Assembly: GCF_009914755.1 (NCBI RefSeq)
Contig: NC_060929.1
Strand: one strand, 5' to 3'
Source of the DNA: the human T2T-CHM13v2.0 reference genome, Homo sapiens
DNA length: 64,000 nucleotides
Positions 39,433 through 51,650 of the stretch are shown here, in pieces. The notes below the pieces were generated by a model. The model worked only from the letters and a program-made list of their open reading frames with translations, had not been told where the DNA came from and ran no database searches. How positions within the stretch are numbered: the first letter of the stretch is position 1; every line of letters starts with the position of its first letter. A program made the translations under genes and the position numbers.

Positions 39433-39893
39433 TGTCAACCTAAATAACAGGGAGTGGCTCTCTAATAGAAAAAGATATTTATTTGGGAATAGAGCAGTTT
39501 CATGGGAATATGTGTGGTACAGCAAATGACATGCATATTCAGGCAGGTAAAGGAAGACAAAGGTTTTTAAAGGAAAAAAATAAGGAGGGTTGCGCAATTG
39601 TTTTAAAATAATTATCTTTGGCTGCAAAGATCAATAACAAAGGTGACACCAGTCTGAGGCTGGACGGGCAGTTGATGAGCAGATGTCCTTGCAGAAGTAT
39701 TTTTTTTTGTGTGTGTAAGGTTGTGATGGCTGTTGGTCAAGGCTGTGGTTTGTGCAGTCTTTTTGTGATAATTTTTGTTATCAGGCATAAAAGCATGAGA
39801 ACCCTCTTTTCATGACCTTCCCCAGCTCTATTTGTCAGTGTTTTTTTCCCTTCTCACATTAGTGACTCCATTTTGATTTTGATAACTTTCACA
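39433..39893 (-). mobile_element. ERV1 solo LTR (MER65-like/MER4 group), 4-bp TSD gttc
   Basis: TG...CA termini (tgtcaacc ... ctttcaca) flanked by gttc at 39429-39432 and 39894-39897; gactccattttg motif near one end. Confidence 0.75.
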
Positions 39894-40784
39894 GTTCCCA
39901 GAGGAAACTATCAACCAGGCAAAAGAAACAAGCATGTTATGTACCTAAAGAGAGAGATGAAAGAAAGAGGAAGCTGATGCCCACGGTTCAACTAAAAAGG
40001 AAAATGTATTAGGTGTTCCTCTTTCCCTAAGCAAAAGAGGTGACTGGGGATGGAACAGATGGGATGCAGAAAGGGAGATCAACTGTTTTGTCACCTCTTT
40101 CCTTATGGCACATTTTTCCTCCTGGCCAGCCAAAGAATTTGGCTTCATCTGCATGGGCCACCTAATTAAAAAGATGGACATTTTAAAGAAGATTTGGTAA
40201 TGAGAACTCAAGGGAAGGTGATGCTGAAGGATTTTAATTGCAAGAAACCAATCAACTTTATGGGAAAATAAAAATGATTACGATAGACGCATTTGAGATG
40301 ATTGGCAGGTGGATAAGAAGAAACCACTAATTGGTGTTTTAACCTACCTAGGACTTATTTAAGACCTGGCAGCTCTCGGACTAGGCAATTGATCTTATGT
40401 ATGTTTAAAGGCAACTGCAATGAGGAAAGTCCTTTCCCTAGAGTTCAATCATTCTTTCCCTCTCTAAGGTATAACTACATGGATGGGTTGTAGTCACACT
40501 ACTTGGGCATGGCAGTGAAAGCAGACTTAGGGTATAATGAGACACTAGACATTTTGATTGGGAGGTATAGGGGGCCAGAGGGCAGCAAAGACAGGAATCT
40601 GAGTGTGGCCTTGCAAGTCTCAGAGAGTTGGAGCCCTTTCACTCCTAAACTGAAACGCTTTTTGGACGGGACCACTTCCTCCAACCAGGACTTAGAGGGT
40701 TTTCTTGAGCCCGACACCATGGAAGAGGTTGTAGGGGTGACGTGGTTACTTTGATGGGTGTAAGAATGTCCATTAGTGAATGGG

Positions 40785-41025
40785 TTTTGGAGTCAGATGC
40801 CTGGATTCAAATCCCAATTCTACCACTTTGTATCACTTAAGCAAGTCTCTTTAGCTACTTTTTTGTTTCCTTAACAATAAAAATAGGAAGGTCATAGCTA
40901 CCTCATAGGATTAGGTAAGAGCATGTGTGTATGTAAAATGCTTGGCATAGGGCTTCATTTATACAAAATACTGAAAAAATAAGTGATGTAATAATGATGA
41001 TGATGAAAATGATGATAATGATGCT
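40785..41025 (+). mobile_element. MIR followed by an (ATG)n-like tract
   Basis: ttttggagtcagatgcctggattcaaatccc...; atgatgatgatgaaaatgatgataatgatg. Confidence 0.7.
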
Positions 41026-41102
41026 AATTCTGAGTTTGAGAGTCAGAGTTGACAGGGAAAAAAGGTGCTTCAGTTTTCAACTTCAGAAATTGTCTTACTT
41101 TG

Positions 41103-41385
41103 TTTTTTTTTTTTTTTTTTTTTTTTTTTTTGAGATGGAGTCTTGTTCTGTCACCCAGGCTGGAGTGCGGTGGTGCGATCTCAGCTCACTGCAACCTCTG
41201 CCTCAGCCTCCGGAGTAGCTGGGATTACAGGCGTGCACCACCACGCCTGGCTAATTTTTGTATTTTTAGTAGAGATGGGGTTTCACCACCTTGGCCAGGC
41301 TGGTCTTGAACTCCTGACCTCGTGATCCACCCGCCTCAGCCTCCCAAAGTGCTGGGATTACAGGCGTGAGCCACCATGCACGGCT
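41103..41385 (-). mobile_element. AluS-type element with an internal right-arm deletion
   Basis: Long poly(T); gcaacctctgcctc|agcctccggagtagc lacks the ccgggttcaagcgattctcctgcctc segment. Confidence 0.9.
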
Positions 41386-42522
41386 GATTTCTTTTTTATG
41401 TTTAACTTTGCTCTCCAGATGCTTTCCGAAAACCTTAGTTTTCCTGCAGACATTGGACCTGAGTGTGGACTCATACATGCAAACAAGATGTTCATTTCCT
41501 CTTTTTTTCACACTGCCTCCAGCCTCCAGAGAAGTGTTCTTTCCCTTGCTATCTGTCCCACTTCCGGTGCAGGTGGTCCTGCCTGACCTAACCACAAACA
41601 CCTGAGAGAAGACACATGCTAAAGGCCAAACCCTTTTTCCATTTGACTTGGAGGAGAAAGCACCCTCTCTATCAAAGTGACATAAGAAGAATTGACTGCA
41701 GAGTAGCTCTGTATTACTTCCGGCTGGGGTATCAAGCACCACATAATGCATACCCTTATAGATGACAGGGTTATTGAACAGAAGAGTAATTTAGAAGGGC
41801 CTGATTTTGAGACTGCTACTTGATACTTCTTTAATGGAAAATAATAAGTGTCCATTTACTGGAAGTGATGTACCTCGGTACTGTGGTTCAATTGGACCAC
41901 ACTGATTAAAACATGCTTGAGTGTTCCATATGCTTGTGGTTAATGAGCATTATGTTTTGGTTGTTCTGTTTTCTGTCTTGTAATGTCCAGCCTTGCCTCT
42001 GTTGCATGTGAGAGGAAGGGGGTTTGGAGTGCTTTGGAGGCAGTTCATTTTGAAATCAAATTGACTCACAGAGTTAGTGTGGGTCAGTAAATATCCTTGA
42101 GCATGTTTATTTCATTTTGTGTTCAGGTATGGCAATATTTACAGTTTGACTCAAATGGATTATAATTAAAAAGAATGGTTATCTCTCTGAACACTGATTG
42201 TTTCCTCATGTTTTTACAAATTGAACATATACACATAACTTTACGAGATACAATACAGTCACACCTCTCCAGCATTATTGGGGAATTAAGCCATGCATGA
42301 TAAGAATATTCCAGATAACTGAAACTTATTCCCTTTGAGTAAATATGTATTTATTTTAGTCATTTAAATGAAAATCTTTTTTGAAATGTGTAACATAGTT
42401 CTCTGGCATCCTGAACAACAATTTTCAACACAACTTAGCCTTTTTTTTGATAAGTCACAGCGAGCGTTAAACCGTCATCCTTATACCGGTCCAGGTTTGG
42501 CCAACGTGTTACCAAGGTTTTG

Positions 42523-42536
42523 TCGCTAGATGGCTC
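42523..42536 (+). promoter_or_regulatory. Candidate CTCF site in a small CpG-retaining patch
   Basis: TCGCTAGATGGCTC resembles CCGCTAGATGGCGC; six CpGs in ~42460-42530. Confidence 0.45.
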
Positions 42537-45500
42537 TGGGTAGTGAGGCCTTTGGAATTCTTGGTTCTGATTTTTAGAATATTTTTTCTATCCTTCATTG
42601 CTGTCATTCTGTTGGTGTAACTTCTTGCTACTATCAGTAGGCCTACTTCTACGATTTCTCCTTAAACTAGTCATTTCTACTCAACTTTGAATGAAGAGAC
42701 CAGTACCCAATCTTAGTGGACTTTAAGTAAGGTGAGAGTAAAGAGTCTCTGAATGAGATTTTCTTAGGAATAAAATAGGCACATTTCAGTATGTGGATGT
42801 TGTGAGACCCATTTTGAATATTGTAGTGTCCTTTTGATGTTTCCCCAAAGTTTTTTAGATAGGGAAATTTACAAGACATCTGAATTCTGGGTAATTGAGA
42901 GATGTTGCTGTGATCTTAAAAAACTAACCTATCTCTTTAGATTAGTTTGCCTGTGTGTCCATAAGCTCCAGTAGTGAATGGTGAAAGTCTTCCTAATCAT
43001 TCTAACCCACATGAATCCCTTCCCTGATTCCTTAAGGTTAGCATTTTGATCTCTCCCACACAGTTAGTGGCTTATTATATGCAGTAGACCCCTGAAATTC
43101 ACCAGAGATACATTCTAAAGCCTTAGCAAAATTGCAAAAATTCTGACAACATAATAGTATCCTTCATGCAATGCAATAAAGTGTTGTAGAAAAATTTAAG
43201 TGCTCCTTCAGTCTCTTAATGACGTGTATAAATATAGGACTTAAGTTACTTATAAAGCTGGTTGACTGTCTTTTTAGGGCCACTTCTTACAAAGAAATGC
43301 AATTTTATAATTTCTCCAACATTACTGCATGGAACCTGAAAAAGGGAAGCAAAATCCAGTTTTGAGGTGGACGTCACAGATTGCACAAGGAATTTTTCAA
43401 GAGAAGACAGAAATATGGACATTGGTGATAGGTCCTATCTTTATAAATTTATTGGCAACCAATTTTTAAATTTTTAAATACTCTGAGTTGACAATGTATA
43501 AGATAATCTATACATGTATGCCTGGACAATTTGGCTGGTTGTAAGTCTATATCTTCAATCATGATTCATGAGAACTCATTCAAAGTGTGCACTGGAGAAC
43601 ACTAAGGATGTATCATACTAATGTATGTTATTAGTTTATCTATGAAATCTTACCTCTACAAGTCAATTGTAGGCAACATGAAAGAAACAGGCTACATTTT
43701 TCAACTTCCTTTGGATGTCCTCTGTGTGGTTGAATACACAGCAGATTTGTCGTGTCTGTTGGGTCTTTGTAGGAGATTTTCGAAGAAATATAATATCATG
43801 GTACCCAACGCTGATACACATTTATTACAGAGGGCATAACACCATGAGAAACACAAAAGAGTGTAGGAGAAACAAAAAGGAATTAGAAGAAACTGCAGCA
43901 ATCCCTGTAGTCTCATGGAAGGGAGCACACTCACATGACCTCGCAACCTGAGGGAAGCGGCAACCACAGCCTGTAAACACGGGAAAGAGTGATGCACAAA
44001 CTGCACGCTTACAACCTGGGGGAATGGGAAGATGTGTTATTACTCAGGGAAACCTTCATGCAGGGGGTGAATCTTAAACCAGGTCTTAAATGGAAGGAGG
44101 GCCCACCAAGTTAGAGGAAAACTACTACTCAGAGTCAAAATGTAGCGACTTTAGAGGACTGAGAATCCTCTCTCCGAAGAGAACCTGAAACTTGACTGTC
44201 TTTCCTTAGACACAGTGAAAAATCATCTCTGCGTAAATTGTTTATTTGTATACACAAAGCATGTTTCATGACAGGTTAGGTGACAGTGGAAAATGTGAAC
44301 GCTGAGAATATGCCAGATATGTTTGTTAAGCATGAAAGTGATTTCTATGATAATGAATGCATGCTTACCGAGCTGAGAAAATTTCAAGTGAGATGAATTA
44401 CCAAGTACCTCGGTGCATTTAACAACCCTGGGATGTTATCAGGGCTGGGAAGTTAATTTAATGCTGCACATCAAACATCCAGCCAAGCACCCAAAGAATG
44501 TGGAACGAAAGCTAAGGGAGCCACACATCTTTAAAAAAATCCCGAAACTTGACCAACAACATGTGCTTGCTCAATTCCTCAAGTTTCAGCAGGCTGGGAG
44601 CCAAATTTTCTGAATTCATTTCATACCTGTGATAGCTTCCCAAACTAATAGTTTTTGTTTTTGTTTGGTACACAGTAGTCATGGATGATATTATGACAAG
44701 AATAATAAGGTGGGATGAAAGCCAGAAATGGACATGGCAGCTGTTGGAAGGCAGAAGTGGAGTTCAGCTGACTTCATAGGCCTTAGCTCAGAATGATGGG
44801 CTGGTAGGAGAACAGCAAATGAGGTTCTAGGAGGTGCACAGCTCTGTGCTGGGTGCTATGAAAAGGCCCAAAGAAATGCAGGTTGTCTGTGTTTGCCCCC
44901 AAGGAGCCTACAACATGGGCACTTTAAACATTAAGAGGATTAGGTAGAGAGGCAGACCCCTACTTTCATCTCCCAATCCCATCACTGACATGTATGACAT
45001 TGGGGATGGTACTTAACTTCTTTGAACTTCAGCGCCTTCATACATAGAATGGGGTTAGCACATCTTAACCGAAAGTTTCTGCAGGGCTCAATGAGATAAG
45101 GTGAGCAAAAGAGCTTAGTAGAGTTTCCTGGCACAGTCCACATACGTTGTGTTGGCTCATGTCTTTGTGGCTGTGACAACTCGGCATCATACAAAAGACT
45201 GAATTAGAAATAGTTCCCACATGATGGCCTTATTGTCCAGGCAGGCAGATATAAATCACAATATCTGGCCTAAATTGTACCCTTGAATTGTATTGTGAGG
45301 GTGGTCCTGAAGAAGACGCTCTGGTAGGTACAAAGTAGGGTATGGCCTCATGTGGCTTTGTGTTCTTGGAGCTTAGTGCTGTGTAAAATGCATTAACAGA
45401 TGGCTTCCCTGGGAATTTAGAATAGAATTTAGTAGGAGGGACATCATCAGAGCCCCCAAATCTGAGCCCTAAAAGTTTGAAGCTGCACTTTATTGTAAAA

Positions 45501-45853
45501 GTCATTCAGTCTAAACAGCTTATTTTATGGAAGAAGAAATCTGCTTGCCTCTATCCATGCTACTCAGAGAAGCGACTGCTAGGAGGAATGGAGCTTGGGG
45601 AGGGGTTGGCTTGTGTTGTTGCTCTTGTTCCTGCCACTGCTCGGTCAATGCAGTTCCTGTTCCCACTGAAGGCAGAGCAGAGGAATTAGTAGAAAGTGTG
45701 CTTCTTGCAGGAGCTGAGCTGTTCCCCAGGGGGTAGTATGGTTGTCCCTCTAGCCTGCAATGATTTTGATATAATTCTGCCTAGAGGTGGAGGGATGAAC
45801 CAAGATGACTTTCCTAGGATGCTGCTGGTAATACTGAGGCCCAGGATTTTAAA

Positions 45854-45859
45854 CACACA

Positions 45860-45890
<31 letters not shown>
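45854..45890. repeat. (CA)n(GA)n compound microsatellite
   Basis: Seen directly in the sequence. Confidence 0.95.
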
Positions 45891-45891
<1 letters not shown>

Positions 45892-46289
45892 ACCCTCTTT
45901 AAGAGGGATGGGGGAGAATGAGCAAGCTTGGCATTTACCTTGGGATAGAGAAGCACATGAAACGAGTTATCTTATTTGAGTCTATGCCTAGCTACCTTGT
46001 GCTTTCTAGAAAACAATTATGCCAGTAAATTTCATTAATTTTATGTCTTTGGGTAATTCGCTGACTGTAATTGGCTTTGAGAGTGTAGTGATTGCAGAGC
46101 CTCTGTGGGTAACACACAAATAAAAACAATGTGATGAAATGTAATTGAATGATGACTCCAATTTTTAATAACCCCCAGAACATGAGTGCTCTGGGAGTGC
46201 AGATATTGATGATAGTTACAAGATCAAATATCACCCCAAAATGAATGAAGCACCATGGTGATGACAAATGGAGGCCATCACATTTGCCC

Positions 46290-46510
46290 AGAAATAATAA
46301 TAAAAACAACAATAACAGAGGCTTATATCTGCCAAGAGCCAGGTACCATTCTAAAATTTTTGTGAACTAACTCATTGAAACTTCATAACCATCGTGTGAA
46401 GTAGGTGGTGTTGTAATCTCCATTTGGTAAATTTGGAATCTAAGGCAGAGACAGATTTAAAAAAAAAAAAAACTTATCCAAGTTCACACAGCTAGTGCAC
46501 AGTGAAGCCA
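46290..46510 (-). mobile_element. MIR
   Basis: ccatttggtaaatttggaatctaaggcagag...aacttatccaagttcacacagctagt. Confidence 0.7.
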
Positions 46511-46639
46511 GCCAGAGAAGAATTCCTTCCCCCACAACCCCACGATGCTCACTCATTGGATATGTTCGCTTCCTTCCTGCTCTCTTAATCATCTGGGTTT
46601 TCATTTAGTTTTTATCATTTTGCATACACATCTCATGTA

Positions 46640-46722
46640 TTAGGTTGAATCATATGAAATCAATGTTTTCACAGATCAAAAATCATTGACTATTAGTAGT
46701 AGTCTCATATGGTTTGACCTAA
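46640..46722. mobile_element. MADE2-like mariner MITE, full length, TA TSD
   Basis: ta|ttaggttgaatcatatgaaa ... tctcatatggtttgacctaa|ta terminal inverted repeats, ~80 bp. Confidence 0.8.
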
Positions 46723-48749
46723 TATTCCACGATTCAGGGATTATTTCTATTAATTAAGACAATCGGCATTTTATTCCCCTGAACAGTCTATTGAGGAGAA
46801 ATGCATGTGACCAAAGTAATCCATGCAGGATGAATCTCAGGCCTCATGCCTGGAATGTTAGGATGGAAGTTGTTATGCAGAGACATAAGGTCCAGAACTC
46901 CTGGAGCTGCATCAATAATAGCTTAAAAATGAAACCTGTCCACGAAGTTTCCATATCTACCCATAGCCTTGAGAGTCACAAATGTAGAGTCAGGACTGCG
47001 GATAAGCCACACCTGGTCACTGGTCTCTCTACATTTTCACTTAGATGAGCCAATCAGTCTTCTTCATTTAAGGCCATTGAGTTGGTTTTTTTCTTATTCC
47101 CAATCACATATCAGCCATTCTTGAGTGAAGAGAGACAAAAGGGGATTTTAACTTTGCAATGGACATGAATGATAGAGATGGCAGAAACATCTGGTGACAT
47201 TTACATCCAGGTCCTCTGACTCTTCAGCCAACAAGCCACATAATGCTGTGACAAGGACAAGCCTGTCTTCACCACACAACCTGCTTTCCTCTTTTTCCTG
47301 CAACTCTTTCAACTTCATCTTCACCATCTCTAAAGGAACAACTGCATGGCAAGGAAGCACAGTGAAGTGGAGTATGCCTTCTTACTGGTATCAAGTTCCT
47401 TCTCAAGTAAGAGAGAAGAGTGTAGGCAAAAAATCTGGAAGGCTATATAAGACAGTGAAGTTTTACCCCTGAAGAGGGCTTATCCAAGAGAAGTAGGAAG
47501 TGGGGAGTACAAGGTAGTATCCTGGTCTTTGTTATGAGCTTACCTTGAAATTTATATAGTAGGCCATTTCTGAGTAGTATTTTTCCATATGGAATTAGCA
47601 ACCACCCATATTTTTCTCCAATAAATGGGGATGTTCTGAGGATTGAGGATAACATCAGTGCTCTATTTGCTCCATAAAAGGATAATGAGTAGGATATTGG
47701 TTGCCTACCCAATATTTATCCCATCCTTTCTATACTTTCCTAACAGAATCTGAATTTTGTACAGAAATCAATAGCAGCCATGAGTAAGAATGCTCAGAGT
47801 GTACCCTGGGTAGGGCCTTTATATGAGCTAAAGGAAACCAAAGCCAATTTCTAAGATGGAAATGATTGTCCCAATTGCCTAAGGGCATTGCTTTGGTGGT
47901 AACTCATGATTGCTCTGTCTAGGAATATAGAGATTGTGTATTTCAGTGGTAATATGAGTAATGTTCTTTGATCATAAGTGATTTAATTATAGTCTCAGGG
48001 ACCTCAGAATATAAAGGAGAGCCTTTCAATGTTATTCCACTGAAAGAGCGTTAGCAACCACATGCCATTCAAAATGGGACTCGTTCCCGGAGAGATGTTA
48101 TTTCTGGTCATGAGTGGGGATGGCAAATTAGGGAAAAAAATATCCTGGAATTTATTGACCTAAATTCATTTACAACCAATCAGATCCCAGAAGGCTAAGG
48201 GTTTAAGCCAGGAAACAAAAGGGCTGAGCCTCTTGAAATGCTGGTTTCCACTCTTCCTTTGCAACAGGACCCCCCACAGTGGCAAATACATGTTTCTTTC
48301 CTGTGAGGTAGGCAGCACCAATGTTTGACTTCAGGTTACTAAACTCACTGGCTTTCCTATCTATTCACCCTTTGGAAATCTCCTCCCAGGACTCAACAGA
48401 GGCTGAAGACATTGTCACCAGTTGTGGATCTGGGGGTGAAGGAAGTGAGATCTGAGCAGGTCAAGGATGGTCTGTGGAACAAGTGGCAAACACTGGTCAT
48501 GGCTCCTGGCATTGGGGAATGCTCTAGATCCCTTGAGATGCATGCAGGGCCATGAGGCACTGGTCCTTGTGGTAAGGTGGGACAGCCTGGAGGTAAGGAT
48601 GGAGGAGAGAGAGTACATGGTGTGCAGGAGCCTTCTTTGGGGATGCAGGCTGCCTCCTGCAGTACACTTGGGAGTTTTTGCAGGCAGTTCATGTAGAAAT
48701 GAACTTCAAGGGAAGCCTTTCAAGGTAAAAAGAAATTCAGTTTGCTGTC

Positions 48750-49136
48750 TGTTATGGTTTGGGTCTGTGTTCCTGCCCAAATCTCATGTCAAATTGTAAT
48801 CCCCAATATTGGAGGTGGAGCCTGGTGGGAGGTGATTAGATCACGGAGGCAGAAATCCCCTTTGGTGCTGTTCTCATGACAGTGAGTCAGTTATCATGAG
48901 ATCTGATTGTTTAAAAGTATGTAGCACCTCCCCCTTCTCTCTCTTCCTCCTACTCTAGCCATGTAAGACGTGCCTGCTTCTCCTTCATCTTCTGCCATAA
49001 TTGTAAGTTTCCTGAGGCCTCCCCAGCCATGCTTCCTGCAGAGCCTGCGGAACCATGAGCCAATTAAACCTCTTTTCTTTATAAGTTACCCAGTGTCAGG
49101 TATTTCTTTATAGCAGTGCAAGAACAGATGAATACA
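48750..49136 (+). mobile_element. MaLR solo LTR (MSTA/THE1-type)
   Basis: tgttatggtttggg...aaatctcatgtcaaattgtaatcccca...ccaattaaacctcttttctttataag...gaacagatgaataca. Confidence 0.9.
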
Positions 49137-49794
49137 CCATCTGGGAAGATAGTAATGGAGCCCGGGAAGCCTCATCCACTTGGCCTTAGAGACAGTGGGA
49201 AGTGGTTATACATCTCAGAAATTTTGAAAGCATTATCTGACTTTCATCATCTCTTGAAATTTTTCCAGAATCAGGAAAATAGTCTCCATAAACACTGATT
49301 CTATGTTCTGGAGAACTAGGAAAATGAGAAAATAAAATGAAACTTACAGTTTAATTGTGTGAAAGTCAGATCAGTTACAGTCATGTATGTGAGCTGCTCA
49401 CCACTGAGGTCTCACGACAAGGATTCATGAAGAGGGTCATGAATAGTACTTGATGGCATAAGACTGTGATACTTGATTCCAGCCAAAATGCTGATATTTA
49501 TGTGCTCAACATGTGTTACTTATATGTCAGGGAGATTTGTCTGTAATGTAAATTCTTTTTAGAGAGCACTGATGGGGAGGCTTTGGTGCCTTACATGTCA
49601 AGGTGGGCTAAATTTCCTAACAAGACATTGGGCCCATCCTTGGGTCTGGGCCAGGCACCAGAAGCAGGCTCTGCAGTAAGCATTTACTCTCTCAGCCTCT
49701 GCTAGGATTGAAATCACCAAGAACCCAGAGGTGGCTGGGAAACCATCACATCACCATTTCACCAATGACAGCGACAACTGGCTTTTCCCTAGGG

Positions 49795-50000
49795 ATTACT
49801 CTGTCCCTGATACTGTGCAAGAGATTTATGCGTGTTGTCTTATTTAGTTCTCACAATTACTATATGAAATAGATTTCTTATTTCTATTTTACAGATGAAG
49901 AAAAGGAGGCTCAGAGAGTTTAAGAAACTTACCCTCCTCACACCATGGATAACAGGCAGAGCCAAAAGCAAATGCAGGTCAGTGTGACCCTACACTCAAA
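49795..50000 (-). mobile_element. MIR
   Basis: attttacagatgaagaaaaggaggctcagagagtttaag. Confidence 0.75.
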
Positions 50001-51527
50001 GCCTGGGACTCACCCTGCCAACAGGCTGGGTGAGAAGCCTTAGGGGCACCTGAGCTTTTGAAGCCACTCTGATGGTAAGTCTTGTCTGAATGCCACACTG
50101 GATTCTTCATGTGACATTTAGAACCCAGCTTGAATCAGATGAAAGGGAGTCTCCTAAAATTCACACAAAAGACAAAGGAGGCCTTGCAGCTGAATTTCCA
50201 CAAAGCCCTGGATGGGGCTGCATCCAAATGTTCTGCATTCCAAATATTCCCTTCTTGCCACGGTGCGGTTTTGGAGTGGGCGGCCTCTTTTCCTGGAGGC
50301 TTGTAGGCACATCTTCCTGCAGAATGAGGTGTCACTATCTCCAAAACAGGGTGAAGCATCTTTGAGCTATCTCCAGTTTCTGTTGGGAGGCTTTGAACCT
50401 CTCTACAGGAATTGTGTTTCCCCAGTCAGCGATCGGTCACCCGATCGAGAGTTGCCAATAAGATAAGAAACTGCTATCAAGTTTCACCCTTGAAAGTTCT
50501 TCCTTCCTTTTCTCACTCTAGGATTAATTCATCTTGAATTTCAAGATAGGGAAAGGTGGGGGTCTTGAAATTTATAGGGATGCATCCCAGAGCAATTTCC
50601 AGTGTTTAGCCATAAATATTTTCAAGAGAGATAAAAGCAGTTACTCTAACACTAACTCCCCTGTACAGACTGGCCCCTGGGAGCAGAGAAGTGCAGCCAG
50701 CAAGGGAGTGTGGGAAGACTAACCCAACGGGACAGCCACTTATCTTTCCTGTTTGCCCCAGGGAGGGAGGTTGGTGGTGGGGGCTGGCTGCTGTTGGAAG
50801 TGCTGAGCATCCCCCACCCCTCCCAATTTGTATTTAATCTCCCTAGCCTTGTACGTTTTTTTCATTGCCAGACCCAGATCTATGACAACAGTTTCCATTT
50901 CTTCCCATCTCCCAAGCAGTGAGCAACAAAGGAAAGACATTCTAAGAGCCCATGAAACGTTTTTTTTTTATTGAAACCCTGTTCTCCAGAGAGAGATTGA
51001 GGAGGCGATTTAAGCAACCTTATTACAAAATAAAAATGTATCCTCCTACTCCATGGCAGGAAATGTGAGAAAGAGAGACAAGCCCATAAAAAAGCACCAA
51101 AAAAAAAAAAAAAAAAAAAAGTTTGCACAAGGACTAGAACAAAGGAGAGACATTAAATAATTATGTGCAGAAGAAACAAAAACAGCATGAGACTCAAAAA
51201 GGATCGTTAAAAAAAACAATTTACACAATATTGCCTTAGGCAGGAACTTCTTTGAGATATTATGCATTATATCTCAAATTTTCTAATTAAAAAGATTAAT
51301 CAAGCTGTGCATAATAGCTGGGATGGGAATCCCTTATCTTTAACAGTATAGTTTATAAGAGCATTCCTGATTTTGTACGGTTGACAGTATTATGAAGGCA
51401 TTTGACAATACTATCAGAAAGATTTCAGGTGCCTCAAGTTTTGTTTGCAGCTTCATAATTTATCATTATTTAATGGCACCCAAATAAATCTGCTCATTAA
51501 TGAAGCAGATTAGAAAATAGACACAAT

Positions 51528-51650
51528 TCCGCTTGGTGGCACACACTTGTAGGCCCTGCTACTTGGGAGGCTGAGGCGAGAAGATGGCTTGAGGCCAGCC
51601 TGGTCAACACAGTGAGTCTACTATCTCTATTAAAAAAGAAAAAGAAAGAG
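51528..51650 (+). mobile_element. FLAM-like Alu monomer
   Basis: ggtggcacacacttgtagg...gggaggctgaggcgag...gccagcctggtcaacacagtgag plus A tail; flanks aaatagacacaa / aaacagacacaa. Confidence 0.75.
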
